Source: a virus
Strand: one strand, 5' to 3'
DNA: 64,000 nt
Virus record (IMG/VR): IMGVR_UViG_3300022925_000006
Part shown: positions 44,176-54,133 of the stretch, one piece after another
Layout: each line of letters begins with the position of its first letter
Position numbering within the stretch: position 1 is the stretch's first letter
The notes under the pieces: generated by a model
The model's database searches: none
What the model was told of the DNA's origin: nothing
The model's input: only the letters and a program-made list of their open reading frames with translations
Position numbers and translations under genes: made by a program

Positions 44176-45657
44176 ATGACACTACCTAATACTATTACCG
44201 TTGGTTTAAGAGACCACTCGATGATGTTGGTTGATTGTAACCAACACCAACTCCAAGAACTGAGAGACTACTTCTCATTTTATGTCCCAGGCCATAAGTT
44301 CATGCCGGCTTTCAAATCAAGAAAGTGGGACGGTAAAATCAAACTCTTCAATCAGATTACCCGTGAATTAAATACGGGTCTCTACGAACATCTGAAGAAA
44401 TTCTGTTCTGACCGCATGTATCCTCTCCAACTACAGGAGACTGCATATGGTCATCCCGCACAATTCAATCATGTGCAACACCAGAATCTAGTTAAGTTCC
44501 AAAGCGAACTCAACCTACCGTTCGAACTACGTGACTATCAATATGATGCGGTAACCCACGGTATTGAAAAGAAACGTGCAATTCTTCTATCACCTACGGG
44601 TAGTGGTAAGTCGTTTATCATCTATAATCTACTACGATGGTATCTTGATAACTTTGATAAACAGGTTCTTATCGTTGTTCCGACAACAAGTCTGGTAGAA
44701 CAGATGTACAAGGATTTTGAAGACTATGGGTATGATGTCACAGACAATGTGCATCGCATCTATAGTGGTAAGGATAAGACCACCGATAAACCCATCATCA
44801 TTTCTACGTGGCAGTCAATCTATAAGTTCCCGAAGGAATGGTTCGAGACTATGGGGTGCGTGTTTGGTGACGAGGTACACCTGTTCAAAGCAAAGTCTCT
44901 GTCAGGTATCATGAACAAGTGTGTCAATGCGGAGTATCGTTTCGGTACTACAGGTACACTAGATGGTACAGAGACGAACAAACTCGTATTAGAAGGACTC
45001 TTTGGCCCGACTAAACGAGTGACCGCAACCAAGGACTTGCAAGAGAAGGGTACACTGGCAAAATTAGATATATCTGTCCTATTACTGCGTTACCATAATG
45101 ATGTGTGCCACATGATGAAGGACAAGACCTATCAAGAAGAGATGGATTATATTGTCACCAATGAGAGTCGTAATAGACTTATAAGTAATCTTGCATTAGA
45201 CCAAAAAGGTAATACTCTGGTCATGTTTCAGTTCGTAGAGAAACATGGTAAACCTTTATTTGATATGATTAAGGATAAAGCGGGTGACCGACCAGTGTAT
45301 TATGTGAGTGGTGAAGTCGAGACAAAAGACCGTGAACAGATACGTGGTATCGTAGAAGGACAAAAGAATGCAATTATTGTTGCTAGTTTGGGCACTTTCA
45401 GTACTGGTATTAATATTAGGAATTTGCATAATATAGTATTTGCATCCCCTAGTAAGAGTCAAGTTAAGGTGTTACAATCGATAGGGCGTGGTCTGAGGAA
45501 GTCTGACGATGGCTCTGTGACCAAGTTATATGATATTGCGGATGATATGCACATCAAGTCTCATAAGAACTTTACACTGCGACACAGCGCAGAAAGAATT
45601 AAGATATATACTAAGGAACAGTTCCCCTACAACATATATAAATTGGATTTAAAATGA
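44176..45657 (+). CDS. uvsW: Helicase UvsW
   Basis: SPTGSGKS, DEVH and LQSIGRGLR SF2 motifs; WDGKIKLF. Confidence 0.95.
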   Translation: MTLPNTITVGLRDHSMMLVDCNQHQLQELRDYFSFYVPGHKFMPAFKSRKWDGKIKLFNQITRELNTGLYEHLKKFCSDRMYPLQLQETAYGHPAQFNHVQHQNLVKFQSELNLPFELRDYQYDAVTHGIEKKRAILLSPTGSGKSFIIYNLLRWYLDNFDKQVLIVVPTTSLVEQMYKDFEDYGYDVTDNVHRIYSGKDKTTDKPIIISTWQSIYKFPKEWFETMGCVFGDEVHLFKAKSLSGIMNKCVNAEYRFGTTGTLDGTETNKLVLEGLFGPTKRVTATKDLQEKGTLAKLDISVLLLRYHNDVCHMMKDKTYQEEMDYIVTNESRNRLISNLALDQKGNTLVMFQFVEKHGKPLFDMIKDKAGDRPVYYVSGEVETKDREQIRGIVEGQKNAIIVASLGTFSTGINIRNLHNIVFASPSKSQVKVLQSIGRGLRKSDDGSVTKLYDIADDMHIKSHKNFTLRHSAERIKIYTKEQFPYNIYKLDLK

Positions 45658-46109
45658 AAGAAGTTGATACAGAATTAAGACAGTTTAAGTTATCTTCGGG
45701 TGAAGAAATTGTATGTGAAATCATGCACTGGAATGACGAAGAAAACCTTGAAATCGTAGTCAGAAAAGCGATGCGATTGGTCATGCAACAAGGTGACGAT
45801 GGGACAAAGTACTACTCATTCCGACCATGGATGATATATCAAGAAAGTTCTGAAGATATTCTTGTTCTCAACACAAACACTGTTGTTGGTATCGCATGGC
45901 CACCTGAAACTCTAATTGTACAATATGATGAAGCTGTCAAGGACATGAATCAATTAAATGAAGTTAGAGAACGGGAACATGCCGAAAAGTTTAAAACTAA
46001 ACCTTTACCCAAAGGGAAGGTTGGTATGCAAGAGTTTATGAGGGGTGTTGATAGTGGAAGTAATGTTATTAATCTGTTTGCTAATATAGACCCGACCAAA
46101 ATACACTAA
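45654..46109 (+). CDS. Conserved hypothetical protein (Sm-like fold)
   Basis: QFKLSSGEEIVC...FRPWM; usual position after uvsW. Confidence 0.6.
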   Translation: MKEVDTELRQFKLSSGEEIVCEIMHWNDEENLEIVVRKAMRLVMQQGDDGTKYYSFRPWMIYQESSEDILVLNTNTVVGIAWPPETLIVQYDEAVKDMNQLNEVREREHAEKFKTKPLPKGKVGMQEFMRGVDSGSNVINLFANIDPTKIH

Positions 46110-46687
46110 TGATTAAACTTCGTAATGAACATGATGATTATATTTGTATCAAGATGATTGATGATGAAGATATGAATATGAGGATAGTTAACCGCATTGA
46201 TACTATTGGCGACCAAACTAATCATACAACTAATGTGAAAGCGGATTGTACTCTAAGTCTTTTAAAGTATCCTGAGTTTCAAAGATTACAAACAATCGTA
46301 GAAGACTTTTGTAAAGAATCTTCTGAAGAGATACAGTTAGAGTGGTGGGGTCATCATTCACGAAATGAAAGACCAGTTTGGAATGAATCATATATACAAT
46401 CACAGTACTGTAACGTTATGTGGGGAACACGGTCGGTTAGTGGAGAAATTACTACACCACATGACCATTGGCCAACTACATGGTCATTTTGTTATTACAT
46501 AGACCCACCAGAGGGGTGTTCTAATTTATATTTTCCAACATTAGATTATGAACTAGAAATTGAACATGGGAAATTAGTTATCTTTAGAAGTCATTTGATA
46601 CATGAAACAGTATCATTACCATTCAAAGGTCACCGATATTGTGTTGCAGGAACAGTAGTATCCAACCCTCCCCGAACGCTAAGCTAA
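46109..46687 (+). CDS. 2OG-Fe(II) oxygenase (TIGR02466-like)
   Basis: PHDH..WSFCYY...GKLVIFRSHLIH...RYCVAG. Confidence 0.8.
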   Translation: MIKLRNEHDDYICIKMIDDEDMNMRIVNRIDTIGDQTNHTTNVKADCTLSLLKYPEFQRLQTIVEDFCKESSEEIQLEWWGHHSRNERPVWNESYIQSQYCNVMWGTRSVSGEITTPHDHWPTTWSFCYYIDPPEGCSNLYFPTLDYELEIEHGKLVIFRSHLIHETVSLPFKGHRYCVAGTVVSNPPRTLS

Positions 46688-46715
46688 TTATATCATGGAA
46701 AACAAATTTTGTCAA
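46687..46715 (-). promoter_or_regulatory. Perfect-consensus antisense sigma70 promoter
   Basis: Minus strand TTGACA-17 nt-TATAAT with TGn extension; no sizeable ORF downstream. Confidence 0.6.
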
Positions 46716-47146
46716 GCCCTAATTTAAAAAGAATCGGATTCACCTGTAGTGCTTTTGACCTGTTTCATGCTGGTCATGTCGCTATGCTTAAAGAAGCACG
46801 GACTGTGTGTGACTATCTAATAGTCGGATTACAGACTGACCCGTCTGTAGATAGACCAGAAAAGAACAAACCCCTACAGTCTATTGCGGAGAGACATCTC
46901 CAAATTGCGGGTTGTAAATACGTGGATGAGATAATTCCTTATGAGTCTGAAGAAGATTTACTAAAGCTTATGCAGTTAATTAACTTTAATGTTCGTATCA
47001 TTGGTGAGGAATATAGAGAAAAAGATTTCACTGGAAAGGATTATGCGCTTGACAATTACATCCAAATACACTATAATAGTAGACATCACAACCTATCAAG
47101 CAGTAACTTGAGATATAAAATGGAAAATTACAATGACAAAGATTAA
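46709..47146 (+). CDS. Glycerol-3-phosphate cytidylyltransferase-like protein (TagD family)
   Basis: FDLFHAGH (HxGH), DYLIVGLQTD, KYVDEI and R.H.LSSS; TTG start uncertain. Confidence 0.85.
   Translation: MSSPNLKRIGFTCSAFDLFHAGHVAMLKEARTVCDYLIVGLQTDPSVDRPEKNKPLQSIAERHLQIAGCKYVDEIIPYESEEDLLKLMQLINFNVRIIGEEYREKDFTGKDYALDNYIQIHYNSRHHNLSSSNLRYKMENYNDKD
47049..47077 (+). promoter_or_regulatory. sigma70-type promoter for gp55, inside the upstream gene
   Basis: TTGACA-17 nt-TATAAT. Confidence 0.75.
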
Positions 47147-47729
47147 ACCAAAAGATAAACCACACTATGTGAATAACGCACAGTTCTCACAGGCAGTTGT
47201 GGACTATTGCACAACCGTGCAGGAAGCAAAGAAGAATGAGTACAAGTTACCTATCGTTCCTGATTATATTGCAACATGTTTTCTAAAAATCTGTGAGGGT
47301 CTGTCACACAAGGCAAACTTTGTCCGATATACCTATCGAGAAGAAATGGTAATGGATGCGGTAGAGAACTGTCTCAAGGCAATCGAAAACTATAATATTG
47401 AAGCTGCAACTCGTACAGGTAAACCTAATGCGTTTGCATACTTCACACAGATTTCGTGGTTCGCATTCTTACGTAGGATTGAGAAAGAAAAGAAACAACA
47501 AGATATCAAGATGAAGTACATGGAACGGGCTGGTGTTGAGAACTTCCTTGATAATGAACTGGGTGACGCACAATCAAATCAAGTTGCTGCTGCATTCGTT
47601 GACCAACTTAGATTTCGTATTGATGAAATTAAAGACAAAGATAAAGAATGGAAAGAAATCGTTAAGAAGGAACGCAAGAGAAGAACTGTAAAGGTAGACT
47701 CTGACTTGGGTGACTTCATAGACACTTGA
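47133..47729 (+). CDS. gp55: Late sigma factor gp55
   Basis: HYVNN, NFVRYTYREEMVMDAVENC and NAFAYFTQI.WFAFLRRIEKEKKQ. Confidence 0.95.
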   Translation: MTKIKPKDKPHYVNNAQFSQAVVDYCTTVQEAKKNEYKLPIVPDYIATCFLKICEGLSHKANFVRYTYREEMVMDAVENCLKAIENYNIEAATRTGKPNAFAYFTQISWFAFLRRIEKEKKQQDIKMKYMERAGVENFLDNELGDAQSNQVAAAFVDQLRFRIDEIKDKDKEWKEIVKKERKRRTVKVDSDLGDFIDT

Positions 47730-47754
47730 CATTTTATGCCAAGGATGGTATGAT
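47726..47754 (+). promoter_or_regulatory. sigma70-type promoter for gp47
   Basis: TTGACA-17 nt-TATGAT. Confidence 0.7.
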
Positions 47755-47784
47755 GTGCAAATGAATAAGTAAAGGTACACAACT

Positions 47785-48843
47785 TTGAAAATAGCTATAT
47801 TAAACGATACCCATGCAGGTTGTCGAAATTCATCTGATATCTTTATGGATTATCAAGAACGTTTCTATGCAGAAGTGTTTTTTCCATACTTGATTGAGAA
47901 CGATATTAAACAAATTTTACACCTTGGTGATTACTACGATAACCGTAAGACAATCAACTTCAAGGCACTACAACACAATCGTAAGATGTTCTTAGAACCT
48001 ATGCGTGAACATGGTATCACGATGGACATCATTCCAGGCAATCATGACGTATACTATAAGAACACCAATGAGTTGAACGCACTGAAAGAACTCCAAGGTC
48101 ACTATATGAATGAAGTGAATCTTATTATGGAACCAACAGTGATGAACTATGGCGGTACAGAGATTGCATTGATTCCTTGGATTAATCCAGAGAATGAAAA
48201 AGCAACGCTTGAGTTTCTAAAGACAACAAAAGCAACACTTGTGGGCGCACACTTAGAGTTACAAGGATTCGAAATGGCCCGTGGTCAAGTGTGTATGGAT
48301 GGTATGAGTAAGTCGCATTTCGACAGGTTCGATATGGTTCTGACTGGTCACTTCCACGCCAAGTCTAGTATGGACAACATTCATTATCTTGGTTCGCAGA
48401 TGGAGTTCTTCTGGAATGATTGTGATGACCCCAAACACTTTCACGTCTTTGATACCGAGACACGAGAACTTACTGCGGTTCGCAATCCTATTCGTATCTA
48501 CGAAAAGATTTACTATGACCATGAGAACATGAATAAGTTCAAAGACCTCGCTTATCTTGATAACAAGTTCGTAAAGGTCATCGTTATCAACAAGGGTGAC
48601 CCATATGATTTTGAACGATTCATTGACCGTGTACAATCACAGAAGATTCATGAGTTGAAGATTGCGGAAGACTTCAAAGAGTTCACTGGTGAGAATGTAG
48701 GGGACGATAACATAAATGTTGACGATACCGAAACACTTGTATATGATTACGTTGACAATGTTACAACCGACCTAGATAAAGGACGTATCAAGAAAGAACT
48801 CTCTCACTTGATGAACGAGGCCCAATCTATGGAGATTGTATAA
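47785..48843 (+). CDS. gp47: Recombination nuclease gp47 (Mre11-like)
   Basis: DTH, HLGD, GNHD and GHFH phosphoesterase motifs. Confidence 0.93.
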   Translation: MKIAILNDTHAGCRNSSDIFMDYQERFYAEVFFPYLIENDIKQILHLGDYYDNRKTINFKALQHNRKMFLEPMREHGITMDIIPGNHDVYYKNTNELNALKELQGHYMNEVNLIMEPTVMNYGGTEIALIPWINPENEKATLEFLKTTKATLVGAHLELQGFEMARGQVCMDGMSKSHFDRFDMVLTGHFHAKSSMDNIHYLGSQMEFFWNDCDDPKHFHVFDTETRELTAVRNPIRIYEKIYYDHENMNKFKDLAYLDNKFVKVIVINKGDPYDFERFIDRVQSQKIHELKIAEDFKEFTGENVGDDNINVDDTETLVYDYVDNVTTDLDKGRIKKELSHLMNEAQSMEIV

Positions 48844-49034
48844 TGGCAACAAAGAATGATATTACTGGTGATAGTATAGTTACCAAGGGTACGTCAGAAG
48901 AGTACCGTGATAACTATGACAACATCTTTCGTAAGAAGAAACCAACTTTCTGGGAACACTATTGTCTGGTTGAGGATACCTTATTAGGTGTCGAATCAGG
49001 TAGTCCGTGTAACTGGTGTGGTCTTGAAGAGTGA
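48843..49034 (+). CDS. Small hypothetical protein with Cys motif
   Basis: KNDITGDSI.TK...YRDNYDNIF and HYC...CNWC. Confidence 0.6.
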   Translation: MATKNDITGDSIVTKGTSEEYRDNYDNIFRKKKPTFWEHYCLVEDTLLGVESGSPCNWCGLEE

Positions 49035-49551
49035 CTTTACTGTAGATGAGATTGGATATGATGATGCTAAATCAATAATAGTTCGTCATCATTATCTGGG
49101 TAAAATATACGATGAACATGATGAGAGAGTTCGTGAATACAAATACTACGGTCTTTACGATAAAGATATTCTAGTCGGTGCAATTCAATACACCTCGTAT
49201 TGTCCCATCTTCAATGGCAATAACGCATTACGTTGGTATTACGGGTGTGACTATTCCGACTACACTAAGTTCTATGAGATATCCAGACTTGCAGTAAACA
49301 GTAAAGAATACAATATTACTTCTTGGTTTGTGTCCCGAACCATGAAGATGATTGATGCAGATTATATCTGTACATCAACTGACAGTAGAATGCATGACGG
49401 TATAATCTATGTGGCATGTAATATGGACTACCACGGGACTATGTTAGAAAGGGTAAATGGATATGAACATATACCTTTCAATGTATTTAGTAAAGTGTAC
49501 AATAAAAATGTTGTACGAGAATGGGAAACAAAACAGCTTGACTTTAATTGA
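49024..49551 (+). CDS. Mom-like GNAT-family DNA (adenine) modification protein
   Basis: AKSIIVRHHYLG, YGLY..LVGAI, YEISRLAV, TSWFVSR and D...HDGIIY.ACN motifs; TTG start at 49024 preferred. Confidence 0.7.
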   Translation: MKSDFTVDEIGYDDAKSIIVRHHYLGKIYDEHDERVREYKYYGLYDKDILVGAIQYTSYCPIFNGNNALRWYYGCDYSDYTKFYEISRLAVNSKEYNITSWFVSRTMKMIDADYICTSTDSRMHDGIIYVACNMDYHGTMLERVNGYEHIPFNVFSKVYNKNVVREWETKQLDFN

Positions 49552-49566
49552 TGAATGTGATATTAT
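49538..49566 (+). promoter_or_regulatory. sigma70-type promoter for gp46
   Basis: TTGACT-17 nt-TATTAT. Confidence 0.65.
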
Positions 49567-49572
49567 TACACC

Positions 49573-51291
49573 ATGATAAATTTCCAAAAACTTAGATTTA
49601 AGAACTTCCTGTCAACAGGAAACAATTTTACGGATATCAGTTTCGATAAGACTCCGACTACATTAGTGGTAGGACATAATGGTGCAGGTAAGTCCACCAT
49701 GTTGGATGCTTTGTCATTTGGTCTATTTGGCAAACCTCATCGAAAGATATCTAAAAACCAACTAATCAATACAATCAACGGTAAGGGTACGCTGGTCGAG
49801 GTTGAGTTCTCGGTCGGTAAAAAACAGTACAAGGTTATCCGTGGTATCAAGCCCAACAAGTTTGAAATCTGGGTTGACGGTAATATGGTCAACCAAGACT
49901 CTCACGCAAAAGAATATCAGTCTATGCTTGAGAAGAATATTCTTATGTTATCTCACAAATCATTCCACCAAATTGTGGTGTTAGGGTCTAGTTCTTTTGT
50001 ACCTTTCATGCAATTGACTGGTGGTTCTAGACGTGAGGTTATTGAAGACCTACTTGACATCAACATGTTCTCCAAGATGAACGGACTATTGAAAGAGCGA
50101 ATGTCTATTCTAAAAAACCAGATGACCGATAATAGTCATCACTTGAATATCGTTGAGACTAAGATTAATGCACAGAAGAAGTATCTACGTGACTTGAGTG
50201 AGATTACTACATATCAGAAGAAGGAGAAGTTGTCGAATATCAAGTCCTTGCAGGAAAACATTCGAATTCTTAATGATAAGAACAACAAACTCACCGAAGA
50301 CATTACGTCAAAATCTCCTGATATTAAGACACAGACTAAAACCGCAATCGATAAGTTACAGAAACTAGATGAGTTTGGTGCTGGGTTCAAGGCGAAGCAG
50401 AAGGATGTGGTCAAACAGGCAAAGTTTTTTGAGACCAATGATAAGTGTCCGACATGTGACCAAGATATTGACAATACATTAAAACAGTATCACTTAGGTA
50501 TGTGTAAAACTAAAGCTGGTACTATCGGTACTGCTTTGGAGATGTATGAGAACGACAAGTCAAAACTAGATGCTCTGATTTACGAACTCAGAGAACAGAG
50601 TGATGCAATCTATGAATGGCAGAGTCAAGTCAATGCAAACAGTCAAGAGATTGCAACAATCAATCGTAACATTGACACACTCAATGATGAGATGTCTCGT
50701 ATTGATAATGAGTCTGGTGACCTATCTGAGGCTAATGCTGAGTTAGAGAAACTGCGTACCAGTAAAGAAGAACTACAAGATGGTAAGTATAAACTCAATG
50801 AACAACACTCATACAATCAAGTGTATGCAGAGTTGTTAAAAGACACTGGTATTAAGACCAAGATTATTAAACAGTACTTACCTGTCATCAATCAGTTGAC
50901 TAACAAGTACCTACAGATTCTAGACTTCTTTGTACACTTTGATTTGGATGAAAGTTTCGTTGAGACTATTCGTTCAAGACATCGTGATAACTTTTCGTAT
51001 GACTCATTCTCTGAGGGTGAGAAACAACGGATTGACTTGTCCTTACTATTTACGTGGAGACAGATTGCAAAGATGAAGAACAGTGTTGCGACCAATCTAC
51101 TAGTCCTTGATGAAACTTTTGATTCATCTCTGGACGAAGAGGGTATTGAAAACCTCATGAAGATTATATCAACACTGGGTGAGGATACCAACGTGTTTGT
51201 TATCTCTCACAAGAGTGAACTCGAAGATGCACATTTCCATCGTAAAATTGAGTTCGTAAAAGAAAAGAACTTTAGTAAAATAAAGACTTGA
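49573..51291 (+). CDS. gp46: Recombination ATPase gp46 (Rad50-like)
   Basis: GHNGAGKS, CPTC zinc hook, FSEGEK, LVLDE and ISH. Confidence 0.95.
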   Translation: MINFQKLRFKNFLSTGNNFTDISFDKTPTTLVVGHNGAGKSTMLDALSFGLFGKPHRKISKNQLINTINGKGTLVEVEFSVGKKQYKVIRGIKPNKFEIWVDGNMVNQDSHAKEYQSMLEKNILMLSHKSFHQIVVLGSSSFVPFMQLTGGSRREVIEDLLDINMFSKMNGLLKERMSILKNQMTDNSHHLNIVETKINAQKKYLRDLSEITTYQKKEKLSNIKSLQENIRILNDKNNKLTEDITSKSPDIKTQTKTAIDKLQKLDEFGAGFKAKQKDVVKQAKFFETNDKCPTCDQDIDNTLKQYHLGMCKTKAGTIGTALEMYENDKSKLDALIYELREQSDAIYEWQSQVNANSQEIATINRNIDTLNDEMSRIDNESGDLSEANAELEKLRTSKEELQDGKYKLNEQHSYNQVYAELLKDTGIKTKIIKQYLPVINQLTNKYLQILDFFVHFDLDESFVETIRSRHRDNFSYDSFSEGEKQRIDLSLLFTWRQIAKMKNSVATNLLVLDETFDSSLDEEGIENLMKIISTLGEDTNVFVISHKSELEDAHFHRKIEFVKEKNFSKIKT

Positions 51292-51316
51292 CTTTAACTG
51301 AAACGTATGGTATCAT
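51288..51316 (+). promoter_or_regulatory. sigma70-type promoter for gp45
   Basis: TTGACT-17 nt-TATCAT. Confidence 0.65.
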
Positions 51317-51351
51317 ACACTTTATAAATTAGAAACCGAGAGGAATATATT

Positions 51352-52029
51352 ATGGAATTATCCCAAGCTACAATGAGTGTTCTCAAGAACTACTCTACTA
51401 TTAACCCCAACATCGTTATCACGGAAGGTAACACACTGAAGACTATTTCAGTTGCACGTAATGTACTATCAACTGCTGAACTCAACGAATCGTTCCCAAC
51501 ATCGTTTGGTATCTACGACCTGACAGAATTCTTGAATGTACTGTCATTGGTGGATTCGCCCCGTCTCAAGTTCGAAAATGACTATGTTGTTGTGGGTGAT
51601 TCGACTGGTCGTTCTTCGGTGAAGTATTTCTTCTCTGACCCTGAGATGTTAACATCGCCTGGCAAGAACATTACTATGCCAGAAGCAGAAGTTAAGTTTA
51701 CCCTAGATACTGATACGTTGGGTAAAGTAAAACGTGCTGCAGCTGCCTTGGGTCATGATGAAATTTCCATCACACCCGTGACTGGTGCGGTTCGACTATC
51801 TGTCATTGACAGTAAGGACGCAACGAGTAACGCATTCTCTATTGACGTAGAGGGTACATACCCTGAAGGAGTTGATTTTAACTTCATCATGAATGTTGGT
51901 AACATAAAAGTTGTCAACGAAGACTTTGAAGTAGGTATCAGTTCGAAACTTATTTCTCAGTTCACGAGTAAACAATCTACGATTGAATACTTTATTGCAC
52001 TTGAAAAATCATCTAATTACGGAGCATAA
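51352..52029 (+). CDS. gp45: Sliding clamp gp45
   Basis: LKNYSTIN, FGIYDLTEFL and YFIALE. Confidence 0.93.
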   Translation: MELSQATMSVLKNYSTINPNIVITEGNTLKTISVARNVLSTAELNESFPTSFGIYDLTEFLNVLSLVDSPRLKFENDYVVVGDSTGRSSVKYFFSDPEMLTSPGKNITMPEAEVKFTLDTDTLGKVKRAAAALGHDEISITPVTGAVRLSVIDSKDATSNAFSIDVEGTYPEGVDFNFIMNVGNIKVVNEDFEVGISSKLISQFTSKQSTIEYFIALEKSSNYGA

Positions 52030-52031
52030 AG

Positions 52032-52247
52032 ATGGCTAAAGCACAAACACAAAAAGACCACTCTTCAATCTACGAACTCGGAAACCGAGTGTCTCGTTCA
52101 ACGGTTGCAGTAATTGATACTGTAGTCCAACGAGGTGGATTTAAAGGTGAGGAACTGTCCACTATTGGACAACTGCGTGACCAAGCAGTTCAGATTATTC
52201 AACTCTGCGAAGAGTATCAATCTGACCAAGGCGTCGATTCTGAATAA
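52032..52247 (+). CDS. Hypothetical protein
   Basis: IDTVVQRGGFKGEELSTIGQLRD; GGAG SD. Confidence 0.65.
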   Translation: MAKAQTQKDHSSIYELGNRVSRSTVAVIDTVVQRGGFKGEELSTIGQLRDQAVQIIQLCEEYQSDQGVDSE

Positions 52248-52311
52248 AAACGTTGCGACTCTAGTGACGTGGGGGTGTGAGAGTTCCTTTCCTTTCCACC
52301 CCCGAATTTTC

Positions 52312-52340
52312 TTGACAATTTGTTTCATATAGTGTACAAT
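52312..52340 (+). promoter_or_regulatory. sigma70-type promoter for gp44
   Basis: TTGACA-17 nt-TACAAT. Confidence 0.75.
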
Positions 52341-52379
52341 GTACATTATTAGAAACACTTATTTTATTATGGAGACGAC

Positions 52380-53318
52380 ATGTCTAAAGAATTCTTATGG
52401 GTCGAGAAGTATAGACCCCGACTAATCGGAACTACGGTTCTGAATCAAAACCTCAAAGACACATTTCAAAAGATTGTGGACACTGGGGAAATTCCTAACA
52501 TGATGTTTACTGGTACTGCGGGTACTGGTAAAACCACGATTGCACGTGCAATCTGTGACGAACTGAACATTGACTATATTGTCATCAACGGTTCTGAGGA
52601 GGGTAACATTGATACCCTTCGTGGAAAGATTAAACAGTTTGCCTCATCCGTCTCCCTTTCTGGCGGTTACAAGGTTGTAATCCTTGATGAGGCAGACTAC
52701 CTTAATGCACAGTCAACTCAACCCGCACTTCGTGGATTCATCGAAGAGTTCTCTCAGAACTGTCGATTCATTCTAACGTGCAACTTCAAGAACAAAGTAA
52801 TCGAACCCCTACACTCTCGTTGTAGTGTGTATGAGTTCAACACTTCTAAGAAACAAATGGCTGGGTTGTGTGGTGAGTTTATGACTCGACTACAAATCAT
52901 CCTAGATGGTGAGGGTATCAAATACAATAATGATACCATTGCGGGACTGATTAGTAAGTATGCACCCGACTGGAGACGTGTTCTTAACGAAGCGCAACGT
53001 CATTCTATCTCTGGGTCATTGGATACTAAAGTTATCATAAATGACGCAAATGGTAACTATAACAACCTTTTCCTATCACTAAAGAACAAAGATTTCAAGA
53101 AGATGCGTTCGTGGGTTGTCAACAATGTAGATGCTGAACCAGCCGCAATCTTCCGTGGTATCTATGATTCAATGGACGGTAAAGTCGTTCCTGCGTCTAT
53201 TCCACAACTTGTACTAATCCTTGCTGATTATCAATACAAGAATGCGTTTGTGGCTGACCATGAATTAAACCTTGTTGCATGTCTAACAGAATGCATGGCA
53301 AACGTGGAGTTTGTGTAA
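52380..53318 (+). CDS. gp44: Clamp loader large subunit gp44
   Basis: LWVEKYRP, GTGKTT, ILDEAD and LHSRC. Confidence 0.95.
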   Translation: MSKEFLWVEKYRPRLIGTTVLNQNLKDTFQKIVDTGEIPNMMFTGTAGTGKTTIARAICDELNIDYIVINGSEEGNIDTLRGKIKQFASSVSLSGGYKVVILDEADYLNAQSTQPALRGFIEEFSQNCRFILTCNFKNKVIEPLHSRCSVYEFNTSKKQMAGLCGEFMTRLQIILDGEGIKYNNDTIAGLISKYAPDWRRVLNEAQRHSISGSLDTKVIINDANGNYNNLFLSLKNKDFKKMRSWVVNNVDAEPAAIFRGIYDSMDGKVVPASIPQLVLILADYQYKNAFVADHELNLVACLTECMANVEFV

Positions 53319-53689
53319 TGAACCTTATCCGTAATGCATTACAAACACCCGATGGTACTGTTATTGAATCACGTAGCCGTCATGACTACGTGACTTATGA
53401 AGATGCCAACGGTAAACAATATATGGTCGATGGTGGTCTTGATTATGTAAGACGGTCTGCCCATGCAGACCAGATAGACCTGTGTGAGTATGACGATGCG
53501 CCCCATGAACGACAACGTGAACTACTGACGTGGGGAACATACGGTATCAATGGTGACCAACCATTGCAGTATAGGACTATTGCAGAAATGGAAACAGGAC
53601 ACCTTGAGGCTGTAGTAGAAATGAAGAATGTGTCTCCAGTCCTAAGAAAATGTATGCAAGTAGAATTACAGACTAGGGAGTCAAAGTAA
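53318..53689 (+). CDS. Hypothetical protein
   Basis: ESRSRHDYV...MVDGGLDYVRR; ATG at 53318 coupled to the gp44 stop. Confidence 0.7.
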   Translation: MNLIRNALQTPDGTVIESRSRHDYVTYEDANGKQYMVDGGLDYVRRSAHADQIDLCEYDDAPHERQRELLTWGTYGINGDQPLQYRTIAEMETGHLEAVVEMKNVSPVLRKCMQVELQTRESK

Positions 53690-53955
53690 TGTATAAACGT
53701 AATACAATTCAGAAACTAGAGGAAGACATCATGAAATCATGGGGCATCGTTGATGAACTTGATACCTTGATTAAATATGTTGGTGATGACCCCTTCTTCA
53801 TTGGTATGAACCCCGAACATCAAGATAGACTTATAAATATTTTAATTGGTGTCAAAGAAATGTCTGACGTTAAGTTTCAATTAATGTGGAACACTTTTGA
53901 ATACACACTGGAAGAATATTATAAATATAAGGGAAGTCATGACACGGAAGAATAG
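53689..53955 (+). CDS. Hypothetical protein
   Basis: 88 aa, coupled start, GGAG SD. Confidence 0.65.
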   Translation: MYKRNTIQKLEEDIMKSWGIVDELDTLIKYVGDDPFFIGMNPEHQDRLINILIGVKEMSDVKFQLMWNTFEYTLEEYYKYKGSHDTEE

Positions 53956-53959
53956 GTAA

Positions 53960-54133
53960 GTGGAAACTCAATGTGCAATCGTTAAGGAAAAAAGAACTTT
54001 TAAAGAAGTTCAACAAGACCTCACCGAACTCAACGGTGACGGGAATAGAACCCGTGGTAGGTATGGAGAAGACAATGAAAAAGTGGTGGAGGATTTGGGC
54101 GAGGTCGCTCGGAGAGAAGGTCGGAGAGACTGA
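53960..54133 (+). CDS. Possible small protein (57 aa, GTG start, not in the ORF track)
   Basis: METQCAIVKEKRTFKEVQQDLTELNGDGNRTRGRYGEDNEK...; fills the gap and overlaps the next gene. Confidence 0.35.
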   Translation: METQCAIVKEKRTFKEVQQDLTELNGDGNRTRGRYGEDNEKVVEDLGEVARREGRRD

